Assembly (NCBI GenBank): GCA_013216135.1
Contig: JABSOS010000009.1
Coordinates: forward strand, 28,258-92,257
Reading direction: 5' to 3'
Length of the DNA stretch: 64,000 nucleotides
Origin: Candidatus Caenarcanales bacterium
GTDB taxonomy: Bacteria > Cyanobacteriota > Vampirovibrionia > LMEP-6097
Shown one piece after another: positions 46,584-57,205 of the stretch (the stretch's first letter is position 1; every line of letters starts with the position of its first letter). Position numbers and translations under genes: made by a program. Under the pieces are notes generated by a model. The model saw nothing but the letters and a program-made list of their open reading frames with translations. It was not told the DNA's origin and did not search any database.

Positions 46584-49500
46584 ATGAAAGGGATAGTTCA
46601 GAAATTAGTTTTACCTGTATTAATATTTACATTATTGTTTAATATAGGTTCCATGGTCAAAGCGACTGAGGCTTTAGATCCGACGCAGATAGAGTTTGAT
46701 GAATCAGCGATAATCGTTAAATTCGAGAAGAAGAAGTACGCCAAAGAATTTAACTTGCAGTCATTGTTTGATTCGATATTGAACCCTGGCTTTGATAATG
46801 AAAAAGAGGCTAGAAAATTTTTGCGAAATAAAGTTCATGTCCCTAACCTGAAAATGGTGAAAACTTTTTCCGCTGATACTGTTAGCACTGATGATACAGC
46901 AGCTAATCCTGCAAAAAAAGATCGAAGAATAACAGCAAAAATTTTAAGAGAAGAAAGACGTCAAAGAAAACGTAAGAAAGAAATAGGTCTAAACAGAACA
47001 TATACTATTGAAGTCCCTGAAGGTGAAACAGCTAATTCACTTTTATCTCAGTTAAAAAGTGATCCTAATATTGCTTATGCAGAGAAATTAATTAAAGTTG
47101 AAACCTTTGCTACTAATTTTAACGACAGGCACTGGGATGAAAGTTCTAGAGATTGGTCTTTAAGTTATGAAGAAATGTGGGGACCAAGAGTTATCGAAGC
47201 TGATGAAGCGTGGGATACAACTCAAGGTGAAGGAGTTGTCGTTTCAGTTATCGATACTGGTGTAGATTATAATCATCCAGATTTATGGGATAACATTTGG
47301 GTTGATCCAGACATTGTAAATGATGTAAATGGTGATGGGGAAGTAGATTTAAATGACGTAGATTCAAATGGTAATGGCAAAATTGAAAGTTCTGAAATAA
47401 TTCAGGACATGTTTGGTTATGACTTAGTAAGTAATACTAAAGATCCTATGGATAGACATGGTCACGGTACTCACTGTGCAGGTACTATAGCTGCAGTTGC
47501 TGATAATAATATAGGTATTGTGGGTGTAGCACCTAAAGCTAAAATCATGGCTGTTAAAGGATTAGGTGATGGTGGTTCAGCTAGTGATAGGTCGCTAGCA
47601 AATTCTGTTGTTTGGTCAGCTGACCATGGTGCTGATGTTATTTCTGCATCATGGGGCGGGCGTGGATCTAGCCAATTAGTAAAAGATGCTTTTGATTATG
47701 CTAAATCCCTAGGTGTTGTTTGTATAGTTGCTGCAGGTAATGATAACTCTGATGCAAGAAATTATTTCCCAGCTGCATTTGATAATGTTGTAACAGTTGG
47801 TGCTTCGACATACACAGATGGTAGGGCAAGTTTTTCTAACTGGGGACCAGCTGTTGATATAGCTGCACCTGGTGGTGGTGAGCCTTCTGATGCTCCAAAT
47901 GGTTCAGGTGTTAATAATATTCTTTCAACTATGACACAAGGTCATAGAATTGCTAGTTCTAGTCTTCAAGTTGGTGATTTAGAAGAAAACAAATATGGTT
48001 ACTATCGTATAGCCGGTACATCTATGGCTTGTCCTCATGTTTCGGGTGTAGCAGCTTTAGTTAAAGCTAATAGACCAGAACTTTCAAATGACGAGATTGA
48101 ACAATTACTTGTTACTACTAGTGACGATATAAACACTGACAGAGCTATAGGTGGTAAAAGAGTTAATGCATTGCGTGCTATTGGCTTTGAGTCAAATGTC
48201 CCAAGAGCAGTTTTAAATGTTGATGCCTCAGATACTACTGTAAGTGGCAAAATTAGAGGCAAAATGAATCTTATTGGTACTGCAAAAGGTCAAGGTTTTG
48301 TTAATTATAAACTGGCATACCGTATCTCAGGTGCAGATACTTGGGCGGAAATTAAAGATAGTGACTCGCAAGTTACTAGTGATGTCTTATTTAGAAATTT
48401 TGATACGACAGATGTTGTAGATGGTTCTTATGATTTTAGGCTGCAAGTCTTTATCAATGATGGAAATATATTTGAAGATTTCATAACTATTTTTATAAAT
48501 AATGAAGGTGCATTGAGAATTAATTCGTGTCAACAATTACAAGATATAAATAACGATCTTACAGGAGAATATATACTAACTCGAGATATTGATTGTACCG
48601 AAACCAAAGACTGGAATAATGGTGCTGGTTTCATTCCTATAGGAACCCGTAATCGTGCTTTTGAAGGTGACTTTAATGGTAATGGTCATGTCATTAAAAA
48701 TCTCTATATGAACTTTAGTGATGATGAGGGATTAGGTGGTTTATTTGGTGAAGTTAATGGTGGAGAAATTAGAAGAGTAGGTTTGATTAATTCTGATATT
48801 AGTAGTGCTGCAGCTACTGGATCATTAGTAGGTTATCAACGTGGTAACTCATTTATAATTCAATCTTTTGCCATAGGTAAAGTTGGTAATGGTACATCTG
48901 CAACTTCAGCTGGGGGATTAGTTGCTTTACAGAAAGGATCTCAAATTATAGATTCTTATGCTCAAGTTGAGGTCAATATTCCTGGTTTTGGTGGAGGGCT
49001 TGTAGGGATTCAATATAATAATTCACAGATTATTAATTCTTATTCTACTGAACCAGTAACTGCAGGTCTGCAGGCAGATCCTTTTGTCTCTGACTCTAGA
49101 GATTCTCAGGTAACTTCGTCTTACTATGATAGAGATGTTTCTGGTATGGATAGCTCATTAATAGGTCAACCTAGATCTACTAATGAAATGTACACTCGTA
49201 GCAACTTTGAAGACTGGGATTTCCAAGATACTTGGTCTATTAATAATGGAAATGATTATCCACGATTAAGGGCATTTAACTATAATCCAGGGCTAGATGA
49301 AGAAAATGAAGCTGCAACTAATATTGTCATCTCTGATGATGAAATTGTTGAAAATTCTCCAGTAGATACTGTTATTGGTGTGGTTTCTGTCGTTGACCCT
49401 AATCCAGGTGATAGCCATACTCTTGAAATTCTTTCAATTGACGGTGATGCTAATTCAACATTGTTTAGGTTAGATAACGTTAATAATGAATTACTGCTGA

Positions 49501-52500
49501 ATGGTCCAGTAGACTTTGAAGCAAAAGAAACTCATTTTGTAACTATTCAAGCTACAGACTTTGAAGGCTTAACATTCTCAAAAGAAATTCGAGTAAATGT
49601 TTTAAATTTAATTGAATCTACAGAAGATGATGACATATTACTAGATGGTAGAGATTTAAATGAAAACTCTCCAGTTGGATTTGTTATTGGTAATTTAAGT
49701 AACTTACAAGAAGCTAATGGCAACACTTATAGATATGAAATGTTAATTGTTGAGAATAACTTTATTAACAGATTTATCTCTCCAGCTAATAGATTTTTTA
49801 GAATTGATGAAGAGAATAGGTTAGTTGTTAAAGAAGAAATAAACTATGAAAGATATACTGAAGTTCCTGTCAGAATTAGAAGTATTGATCAGAACAATGT
49901 TTCTCTTATTAAAGACTTTGTTATTAAAGTAAACAATGTTAAGGACGAGATTGGTATATATAATTGTAAGCAATTACAAGATATTGAAGATAACTTAGAC
50001 GCTGATTATTTCTTGGCTCAAACTATTGATTGTTCAGATACTCGTGAATGGAATCCATTATTTACAGACAAGGAGCGTATAGAGACTTCACCTAGAATGG
50101 GTTTCTTGCCTGTTGGTGGTAAGGCAAAAGACGATGTTTTCTTTAGATTCTTTACAGGTACTTTAGATGGTAAGAATAGGAAAATAAAAGGCTTATTCAT
50201 TAATGACTTTGATACTGAAACTACTGGAATTTTTGGATATTTGTATGGTGCTTCAGTTAAGAACCTTGTTATAGAAGGTGGGAGCATCAGAGGGGCTTCA
50301 CTAGTAGGTTCTCTTGCTGGTGCAGCTACAATTGATTCACAAATCCTAAATGTTCATGTTATTGGTACTAGAGTTCAAGGTAGATCATATGTTGGTGGAA
50401 TTGTTGGTAATCTTAATTATTCTACATTGGAACTTTGCTCGATTAGAAATGCTTCTGTTGCTGGTACTAAGCGTGTCGGTGGTTTAATTGGTGGTTCGCA
50501 AATATATGGTCAGTTGAAAAATAGTTATTCTGAAGCTAATATATTTGCTGCACAATATGCTGGTGGTTTAACAGGGAGAATATATTTATTCAGTACTATT
50601 GAAAACTGTTATGCCGCTGGTGAAGTTACTGCACCTAATGATGTTGGTGGTTTAGTAGGATATGACCAAGATAGTATCGATGTATTTAATTTTTATAAAA
50701 AAGGTTTAGCTGCTAAAGGCTTAAAAATAGAAAATGTAACAAGAGACCCTAAAGTAATTAATTCTTTCTTTGATAATATTACTTCACTGCAAGATAGCTC
50801 TGAAGGTGGTACAGGTTTACCTACTGCAGATATGATGCAGCAAGCCACTTTCACTGATTGGGATTTTGATAATATTTGGGTTATTGATGAAGGGAATGAT
50901 TACCCTAGATTCATTTTAGATCCAACTGGATTTGAAGATGAAGAAGAGGATATACCAGAGGATAATCCTGTTGTACCTACAGAGCCACCTTTAGGTGACG
51001 ATAATCCTCCTATTATTGCTCCAGAAGACCCTGATGGTGATGATGGTGCTGAAGAAATCGGTGGTGAAGATCCTGTTGATACAGTTCCTGATGAAGAAAT
51101 TCCTGGGGAAACTGAAACACCAGATGACGATACTCCTGAGGAAGAAGTACCTCCAGAAGAGGATCCTGTTGAAGAGACTCCTGATGATGGTGATTTAGTG
51201 GATCAGTGTATAAATAACTTAGGTAAATTAGTTCACTTAAATGGTTTACACAAAGTTAGACGTCGTTTCAAAGATATAGATGATGATATAAGAGATATTA
51301 TTAGCGATAGAAATGATAATGATTTTGATTTTGATGATAGATTAATCGATCAAGGTCAAAGAGATAAGAGAAAACGTCAAAGAAAGAAACGTAGATCTAG
51401 AAGAAATGGACAACAAGATCAGAATAACAATTCAAATAATGGTATTTCTGGAACTAATCCTGTAAATCCTGCTCCTGTAGATCAGGTAAATAACAATTGT
51501 AATATTTCTAGTAGTTACTTTAAAAACTTCAAGATCTATGAATCTACTCCAGGTGGAACTATTAATTTCAAGGATTATGAAATTAAATCATATGGAATAG
51601 GTAAGCAAGATTTAGTTTCTAAATATTCTATAAGAGATAGAGGAGATACTTTAGTCTTAACTCATAATACTTGGAAACAAATCGATATTCCATATACAGT
51701 TACTGAAAATACTATGATTGAGTTTGACTTTAGGTCATTTACTGAGGGTGAAATTCATGGTTTCGGACTTGATGAAGATTCACATGCACAAACTGGTTTC
51801 CCTAGAGCCTTTAAGGTTTATGGTACTCAAACTCAGTGGAGAGGTATGACTCAAGACTTTGATACCTATGATGGTTCTGGAAAGTATGTACATTACACAA
51901 TCCCCGTTGGTGAATACTTTACAGGTTCAATGAATCATATATTTTTCTTTAATGATAATGATTTACCTAAAGAGTGTAATGATGCTCCTGTAATAGATCC
52001 ACCAGAAAAAGAGAAACCTAAAAAAGACAAACCTAAAAAGGATAAACCTAAGGATGATACTCCTAAGCAAGACGATACTCCAGACCAAGATGACAATAAT
52101 CAAGGTGGCGGTATCATATCTTGTGACGATGTGGATTCTGGAGATGATGATATTACTGACGATCCAGGTGACACAACTGACCCAGATGATGACACTGATG
52201 GAGTAATTGATGATGAAATTCCTGGAGATGATACTACTGATGATTCAACTGATGATAGTTCTGATGATAACTCTGGTGATAACTCTGGTGATGATGACCA
52301 GGATAATAATGATCAAGATGATAGCTCTAGTGGTGGAACTGACGATGGTGATTCAGATGAAGATGACTCTGAAGCTACACCACCTAGTCAGCCTGGTGAA
52401 ACACCTAATGATGATTCTGAATCTGAAGAAGGTGATAATGCACCATTGACTGTTCCTATTAGTGATTGTGAAGGTCTGCAGGAAATGAGAAAAGAACTAG

Positions 52501-54401
52501 ATGCATCATATTTCTTATTGAATGATATCGATTGTTCAGAAACTAGAAGTTGGAATGAAGGTGCTGGATTTGTTCCAGTAGGTTCTCCTAACCAACCATT
52601 CTTTGGGAGCTTTAATGGTGCAGGCTTTGAAATACAAGGGCTAGTAATTAATCGTGATGAATTTAGAGATATTGGACTATTTGGAGCTACATTTAATGCT
52701 ACTATTCACGATGTTACTTTAACTGACTTCAATATTAAAGGTAAGAATAATACTGCTGCTGTTGTCGGTAGTGCCTTTGATTCTGATATCTATAATATAA
52801 ACATCAAAAACTTGACTTTAGCTGGTCAAAATAGAAATACTGGTTCTCTAGCAGGTCTTGCAAGAGAGTCTACTTTCAATAAAATCTATGCTGAAGCGAA
52901 AGTTGAAGGTAACAAGTTTACTGGAGGTTTAATTGGTTCAGCTGATGAGGTAACAGTTAACCAAAGTTATGCTTATGGTATATTCCTTGGTGATAAAGAG
53001 CTTGGTGGAATTATAGGTAGATCTAAAAATTCTAAAGTAATAAGTTCTTATACTAATTCAATTACTGTTGGTTCAAATAAAGTTGGAGGACTGATCGGTG
53101 TAATTGAAGATATTAATGAAATTACTAAGTCATATGCTGCTTCTACAGTAAATGGTGCGAGAGCAGGTGGTCTTGTAGGTTTCTACTTACCTAAAGCAAC
53201 AATTGCAACATTTAACTCTTACTTTGATAAAGATGTTTCAGGTATAGTTGCATCACCTGTAGGTGGAGTATCTTATGAAAGTGAAGAGATGTACTTAAGT
53301 GAAAACTTCACTGACTGGGATTTTGAGACTATCTGGTTTATAGATGATGGTAATGATTACCCTAGATTTAATGATGAGCCAGTTAAGACTCTTGCTCTTG
53401 TTGAACAAAATGATGAAGATAGTGGTCTTGGAATAGATACTGATGGAATTAAGAGAAAAGTAATTAATATCAGTGACTGTAGAGATCTTCAAGCAATGAA
53501 AAATAATTTGAAAGGTAATTATGTTCTTAAGAGAAACATTGATTGCGCAGAATCTGCTCTATGGAATGATGGGCAAGGTTTTGAACCAATTGGTGTTGAA
53601 CAACCATTTACAGGTAGACTTGATGGTAAAGGTCACTATATTAAAGATCTATTTATGAATAGACCTAATATTAATAGAGTTGGTTTATTCTCATTAACTT
53701 CTGGAGCTAGAATTACTGATCTTAGATTCATTAACGTTGATATTATTGGTAGTAACGATGTTGGGGTCGTTGCTGGTGAGCTTGGTAATTCTACTGTAAG
53801 TAAAGTTAATGTGGTTTCTGGTGACTTAACAGCTGGAGCATTTAGAGCTGGTGCAATAGCAGGTAATGCTAGATCATCTAGAATCTTTAACTCCTTTACT
53901 GATTTAGACATAACTGCTGACCGTGAGGCTGGGGGTATTATTGGTAAATGTTTAAGCTGTTCAGTAATCGAAAGTGCATCTTATGGTAATATCCTGACTG
54001 ATACTTATAGTGGAGGTTTGATAGGATTTGCTACATCACCTGTTATTAAGAATTCATATTCAGTAGCTGAGCTTGAAGCTGAAAGATTCATTGGTGGTCT
54101 AATTGCTTACAATGAAAACACTGCTAATATCAGCAACTGTTATGCATCAAATTCTATAACAGCTACTACAGGTGCTTTAAGAGATGCAGGTGGTTTAATT
54201 GGTACTGGAAATACTGAAGATTTAGTTTCTATTAAATCTTCTTTCTGGAACAGCAATACCTCAGGTCGATCAACTTCTTTTGGAGGTGGTGAAGCAAAAA
54301 CTACAGAGGAGCTTCGAAATAGATCGACGTTCAAAGGCTGGGATTTCAAAAATATCTGGTCAAGCTTAGTTGGTAAGCTACCAGTATTAAGATTATTCTA
54401 A
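46584..54401 (+). CDS. giant secreted multidomain protein: subtilase S8, four GLUG-repeat modules, two cadherin-like domains, and acidic and basic linkers
   Basis: 2605 aa. It has a signal peptide and an I9-like propeptide. The S8 triad is D (47253-47255, VIDTGVD), H (47463-47465, HGTHCAG) and S (48021-48023, GTSMACPH). The GGLVG/GGLIG GLUG repeats occur in four modules, each starting CxxLQxI…DIDCSxTxxWN and ending WDFxxIWxIxxGNDYPR. Confidence 0.9.
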   Translation: MKGIVQKLVLPVLIFTLLFNIGSMVKATEALDPTQIEFDESAIIVKFEKKKYAKEFNLQSLFDSILNPGFDNEKEARKFLRNKVHVPNLKMVKTFSADTVSTDDTAANPAKKDRRITAKILREERRQRKRKKEIGLNRTYTIEVPEGETANSLLSQLKSDPNIAYAEKLIKVETFATNFNDRHWDESSRDWSLSYEEMWGPRVIEADEAWDTTQGEGVVVSVIDTGVDYNHPDLWDNIWVDPDIVNDVNGDGEVDLNDVDSNGNGKIESSEIIQDMFGYDLVSNTKDPMDRHGHGTHCAGTIAAVADNNIGIVGVAPKAKIMAVKGLGDGGSASDRSLANSVVWSADHGADVISASWGGRGSSQLVKDAFDYAKSLGVVCIVAAGNDNSDARNYFPAAFDNVVTVGASTYTDGRASFSNWGPAVDIAAPGGGEPSDAPNGSGVNNILSTMTQGHRIASSSLQVGDLEENKYGYYRIAGTSMACPHVSGVAALVKANRPELSNDEIEQLLVTTSDDINTDRAIGGKRVNALRAIGFESNVPRAVLNVDASDTTVSGKIRGKMNLIGTAKGQGFVNYKLAYRISGADTWAEIKDSDSQVTSDVLFRNFDTTDVVDGSYDFRLQVFINDGNIFEDFITIFINNEGALRINSCQQLQDINNDLTGEYILTRDIDCTETKDWNNGAGFIPIGTRNRAFEGDFNGNGHVIKNLYMNFSDDEGLGGLFGEVNGGEIRRVGLINSDISSAAATGSLVGYQRGNSFIIQSFAIGKVGNGTSATSAGGLVALQKGSQIIDSYAQVEVNIPGFGGGLVGIQYNNSQIINSYSTEPVTAGLQADPFVSDSRDSQVTSSYYDRDVSGMDSSLIGQPRSTNEMYTRSNFEDWDFQDTWSINNGNDYPRLRAFNYNPGLDEENEAATNIVISDDEIVENSPVDTVIGVVSVVDPNPGDSHTLEILSIDGDANSTLFRLDNVNNELLLNGPVDFEAKETHFVTIQATDFEGLTFSKEIRVNVLNLIESTEDDDILLDGRDLNENSPVGFVIGNLSNLQEANGNTYRYEMLIVENNFINRFISPANRFFRIDEENRLVVKEEINYERYTEVPVRIRSIDQNNVSLIKDFVIKVNNVKDEIGIYNCKQLQDIEDNLDADYFLAQTIDCSDTREWNPLFTDKERIETSPRMGFLPVGGKAKDDVFFRFFTGTLDGKNRKIKGLFINDFDTETTGIFGYLYGASVKNLVIEGGSIRGASLVGSLAGAATIDSQILNVHVIGTRVQGRSYVGGIVGNLNYSTLELCSIRNASVAGTKRVGGLIGGSQIYGQLKNSYSEANIFAAQYAGGLTGRIYLFSTIENCYAAGEVTAPNDVGGLVGYDQDSIDVFNFYKKGLAAKGLKIENVTRDPKVINSFFDNITSLQDSSEGGTGLPTADMMQQATFTDWDFDNIWVIDEGNDYPRFILDPTGFEDEEEDIPEDNPVVPTEPPLGDDNPPIIAPEDPDGDDGAEEIGGEDPVDTVPDEEIPGETETPDDDTPEEEVPPEEDPVEETPDDGDLVDQCINNLGKLVHLNGLHKVRRRFKDIDDDIRDIISDRNDNDFDFDDRLIDQGQRDKRKRQRKKRRSRRNGQQDQNNNSNNGISGTNPVNPAPVDQVNNNCNISSSYFKNFKIYESTPGGTINFKDYEIKSYGIGKQDLVSKYSIRDRGDTLVLTHNTWKQIDIPYTVTENTMIEFDFRSFTEGEIHGFGLDEDSHAQTGFPRAFKVYGTQTQWRGMTQDFDTYDGSGKYVHYTIPVGEYFTGSMNHIFFFNDNDLPKECNDAPVIDPPEKEKPKKDKPKKDKPKDDTPKQDDTPDQDDNNQGGGIISCDDVDSGDDDITDDPGDTTDPDDDTDGVIDDEIPGDDTTDDSTDDSSDDNSGDNSGDDDQDNNDQDDSSSGGTDDGDSDEDDSEATPPSQPGETPNDDSESEEGDNAPLTVPISDCEGLQEMRKELDASYFLLNDIDCSETRSWNEGAGFVPVGSPNQPFFGSFNGAGFEIQGLVINRDEFRDIGLFGATFNATIHDVTLTDFNIKGKNNTAAVVGSAFDSDIYNINIKNLTLAGQNRNTGSLAGLARESTFNKIYAEAKVEGNKFTGGLIGSADEVTVNQSYAYGIFLGDKELGGIIGRSKNSKVISSYTNSITVGSNKVGGLIGVIEDINEITKSYAASTVNGARAGGLVGFYLPKATIATFNSYFDKDVSGIVASPVGGVSYESEEMYLSENFTDWDFETIWFIDDGNDYPRFNDEPVKTLALVEQNDEDSGLGIDTDGIKRKVINISDCRDLQAMKNNLKGNYVLKRNIDCAESALWNDGQGFEPIGVEQPFTGRLDGKGHYIKDLFMNRPNINRVGLFSLTSGARITDLRFINVDIIGSNDVGVVAGELGNSTVSKVNVVSGDLTAGAFRAGAIAGNARSSRIFNSFTDLDITADREAGGIIGKCLSCSVIESASYGNILTDTYSGGLIGFATSPVIKNSYSVAELEAERFIGGLIAYNENTANISNCYASNSITATTGALRDAGGLIGTGNTEDLVSIKSSFWNSNTSGRSTSFGGGEAKTTEELRNRSTFKGWDFKNIWSSLVGKLPVLRLF

Positions 54402-54420
54402 GTTGATATATCATTGATTA

Positions 54421-54458
54421 AAGAAAAAGAGAGAGCCTTGGCTCTCTCTTTTTCTTTT
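54421..54458. terminator. bidirectional intrinsic terminator
   Basis: AAGAAAAAGAGAGAGCC-TT-GGCTCTCTCTTTTTCTT forms a perfect stem of about 16 bp whose A/T-rich arms act as U-tracts on both strands. It lies between convergent genes. Confidence 0.85.
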
Positions 54459-54489
54459 GTAGAAAGTTGTATTAGTTACCAATTTGATA

Positions 54490-55626
54490 TTAATATACAT
54501 GACCTTTATATTTATGTAGTTCACCACAATTGTAGAGTTGACTTCGCTCTGGTGGGATTAGTTGCTTGAAGCTTGTAGAAGGCCAATTAGCAAAGTATCT
54601 AGGGATGAATGGCCAGTCTGTTGTTAAAACATACATAAATATTCCATTTGGGTATTCGGGAGTTTTTGCCCACGTTCCGTTTCTAGCATCGAGGATGACA
54701 AGCTTATTATGTTGGATTTGATGAGGTGTAACTATCCAGGCATAGTTACCTTTAGCCATAACTTCATTCTTCACCATCTGTAGTTTTGCATGTGGGTTAT
54801 AGTGATAGTCCTGCACAAAAGTTCCGTCATAGTGCCCATCTGGATGTTTTCCAGTACCTGTTAAATTACCCCTAGGTCCAGGTCTTAGAATATAACCAGA
54901 GTCATAAGCTGTATCATGATTCCATGGGGTGTAAATGGGATAGCCATCGGCTGCGTAACCAAGTAGATATGTCGGTTTTCCAGGTATCTTTTTGACTACA
55001 TAATCTATTAATTTCCATGGGTAACCATGATAATGATATCTACCTTGAGTCCATAGGTTAGGCTCCGGTTGCATTGGTTGTACGTGAGCATTAAAGTGAT
55101 CAAAACCTAAGTTATGTTTTCCTAAAGGTGATAGCGCTTAGTATTCTCAACCTGTACAATTCCTATCAAATACATTATTTGGATCAAATCCTTTAGCTGA
55201 AGCTTGTTCAGGGTGATATGGATGCGGAATGATAGGTTTATCTATATTTGGATTACCTCCAGCAAGTGCTTGTCCATGGTCATACCAAGGACCAGACGGA
55301 TCAAAAAGAACACCATCAACAGCGAGACCAAACGGAATCATATTAAGTGGTATTAAATTTGGTCCAGGCATTTGTCCTGCTCGATTCCAGACCCAGGCGC
55401 TCATTGGGAAATAACCCATTGAAAATGGATTTCTCCTATTGCCATCATATACCGGGAAGTAGTTTTGAACTTCTTGCCAGTTTGTTGGCAAGTTATTAAA
55501 ACTAAAGTATCTTTTATGACCAGATACCCAATGGTAAAAGTCATAAATAGTTGATTGTACTGGCTGCCAGAATGCAAAGCACATCAAAAATAAGCTAATT
55601 AAGCTTAGCTTAAGAAAATCTTTCAT
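54490..55626 (-). pseudogene. YHYH-domain (PF14240-like) secreted protein gene interrupted by two in-frame stops
   Basis: ORFs 55147..55626 (with signal peptide) and 54490..55074 (GRYHYHGYPW, DGYPIY) are in the same frame. They are separated by TGA (55147-55149), two sense codons and TAA (55138-55140). The 21 codons before the second ATG (ALSPLGKHNLGFDHFNAHVQP) look like part of the domain but have no start codon. Confidence 0.6.
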
Positions 55627-55671
55627 AATTCACTCCTCATAGTTTCACTACAAGTTTTATACTTTTAAAGC

Positions 55672-57204
55672 TTAAAAAACCTTCGAGAAATTTTCAGGTT
55701 TAATTCTTTCAACAGCAGACATTAGTGCAGCAGCTTTATTAAAGGTTTCTTGGTATTCAGATTCTGGGTCAGAATCTGCTACAACTCCAGCTCCTGCTTG
55801 AATTGAGATTTTATTTTTTTCTAGAATTAAGCTACGGATCATTATCGCTACATTTATAGTTCCATCAAAATTTATATAACCTATGCAGCCACCATAAGGA
55901 CCACGTGGAGATTTCTCTAATTTCGAAATGATTTTTACCGCTTCTATTTTTGGGGCACCACTTAGAGTTCCAGCTGGGAAGCAAGCTTTTAAAAGCTCTA
56001 TACTGCTCATGTTTTCTTTTAGCTTTCCTTTAAGGGAGCTTACTATATGAAGCACGTGGGAGTACTTTTCTATAATCATATTCTGCGCGACGTGAATCGA
56101 ACCATTCGCGCAAACTCTTCCTAGATCATTTCTTCCTAAGTCAAGCAGCATAAGATGCTCTGCTCTTTCCTTAGGATCATTTAAAAGTTTTTCAGCAAGT
56201 TTTCTATCCTCACATTCATTTGCGCCACGCCTATAGGTACCTGCTATAGGGCGAAGTTCAGCCCATATCTCAGTTTTATTATCATAGCTAAGCTTCTTCT
56301 CTGATTTAATAAGCATTTCTGGAGATGAGCCCACTATACTAAAATTCTTTTCAGTGTCTTTTAAATTGACATTGAATATAAATAAATATGGAGAAGGATT
56401 TAAGCTTCTTAGGGTTCTATATAAATCAAGAGGGTTTATTGATGTTTCTTTCTCAAACCTTTGTGAAAGCACAACTTGGAAAATATCTCCTTCTAAGATA
56501 TGCTCCTTAGCTGTGTTTACCATTTCTATAAATTCTTCTTTTTTAGTATTTGAACTAAAAGATGTTGCTGGGTTGACTCCGTCTATATCAAAATTGATTC
56601 TTTCTAAGTTGTTTTTCTCATGAATAATTTCTGTAAGTTTTTTTAGTTCAGCTTCACTGTCTTTCAGCTTTTCTTCGAGTTGTGCTTCATTCTGAACACT
56701 TCTAAGACAAATGTTATTTATTAGATATAACTTTTGACTAACGTGATCAAAAACTATTAAGTTTCCTACTAGATAAAAGAAACTTTCAGGTAAGTGACTG
56801 GATTGCAGTTCCAGGCAAGGCTCAATCCTTTGCATTGATTCAAATCCAAAGAAACCTACCATGCCTTGATGGAAGAAATTTAATTCAGAAGAAATATCTT
56901 CTGTGCTGTTGTTTGAGTAGTTATTAACTATATCTTTTAAGCCATCGTAAGGGTTTTCAGTCTGTGACTGGAAACTCATGTATGTATCTAAGGCAGCTGA
57001 ACCTATGAAAGAGTATCTGCCTAAGTTTTCACCACCTAAAACAGACTCAAATAAAAAACAATCGTCGTAGTACTTATTTAGTTTATTGTACAGTGAAACT
57101 GGTGTGTCTACGTCAGAGACAAAGACTCTGTGGTTACTGATGATTTGTTTGCCAGAATTATATGCTTCTCTTAGAGTATCTATACTAAGTTGAAATTGAG
57201 TCAT
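55672..57204 (-). CDS. trpE: anthranilate synthase component I
   Basis: LFESV…GRYSFIG, SLNPSPYLF, GTLSGAPK and GAGVVADSDPESEYQET. The start lies 1 nt after the secA stop. Confidence 0.85.
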   Translation of the reverse strand: MTQFQLSIDTLREAYNSGKQIISNHRVFVSDVDTPVSLYNKLNKYYDDCFLFESVLGGENLGRYSFIGSAALDTYMSFQSQTENPYDGLKDIVNNYSNNSTEDISSELNFFHQGMVGFFGFESMQRIEPCLELQSSHLPESFFYLVGNLIVFDHVSQKLYLINNICLRSVQNEAQLEEKLKDSEAELKKLTEIIHEKNNLERINFDIDGVNPATSFSSNTKKEEFIEMVNTAKEHILEGDIFQVVLSQRFEKETSINPLDLYRTLRSLNPSPYLFIFNVNLKDTEKNFSIVGSSPEMLIKSEKKLSYDNKTEIWAELRPIAGTYRRGANECEDRKLAEKLLNDPKERAEHLMLLDLGRNDLGRVCANGSIHVAQNMIIEKYSHVLHIVSSLKGKLKENMSSIELLKACFPAGTLSGAPKIEAVKIISKLEKSPRGPYGGCIGYINFDGTINVAIMIRSLILEKNKISIQAGAGVVADSDPESEYQETFNKAAALMSAVERIKPENFSKVF

Positions 57205-57205
57205 T

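Noticed and set aside
50995-52449. Off-frame ORFs 50995..51198 and 52207..52449 inside the giant protease gene, with Met/Leu/Ile/Lys-rich translations.
   Set aside because: They are frame-shifted readings of the GAT/GAA-rich acidic linker DNA. The main frame is continuous and has clear domain content on both sides.
55138-55149. Alternative genetic code (TGA read as Gly or Trp) as the explanation for the in-frame TGA in the YHYH gene.
   Set aside because: A TAA stop follows two codons later in the same frame. The other interrupted gene is broken by TAA. All the housekeeping genes have normal lengths under code 11.
43688-55626. A tRNA-Leu-associated genomic island or integrated element.
   Set aside because: I found no integrase, recombinase or transposase, and no direct repeat of the tRNA 3' end. 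The genes look lineage-specific, but there is no sequence evidence of mobility.
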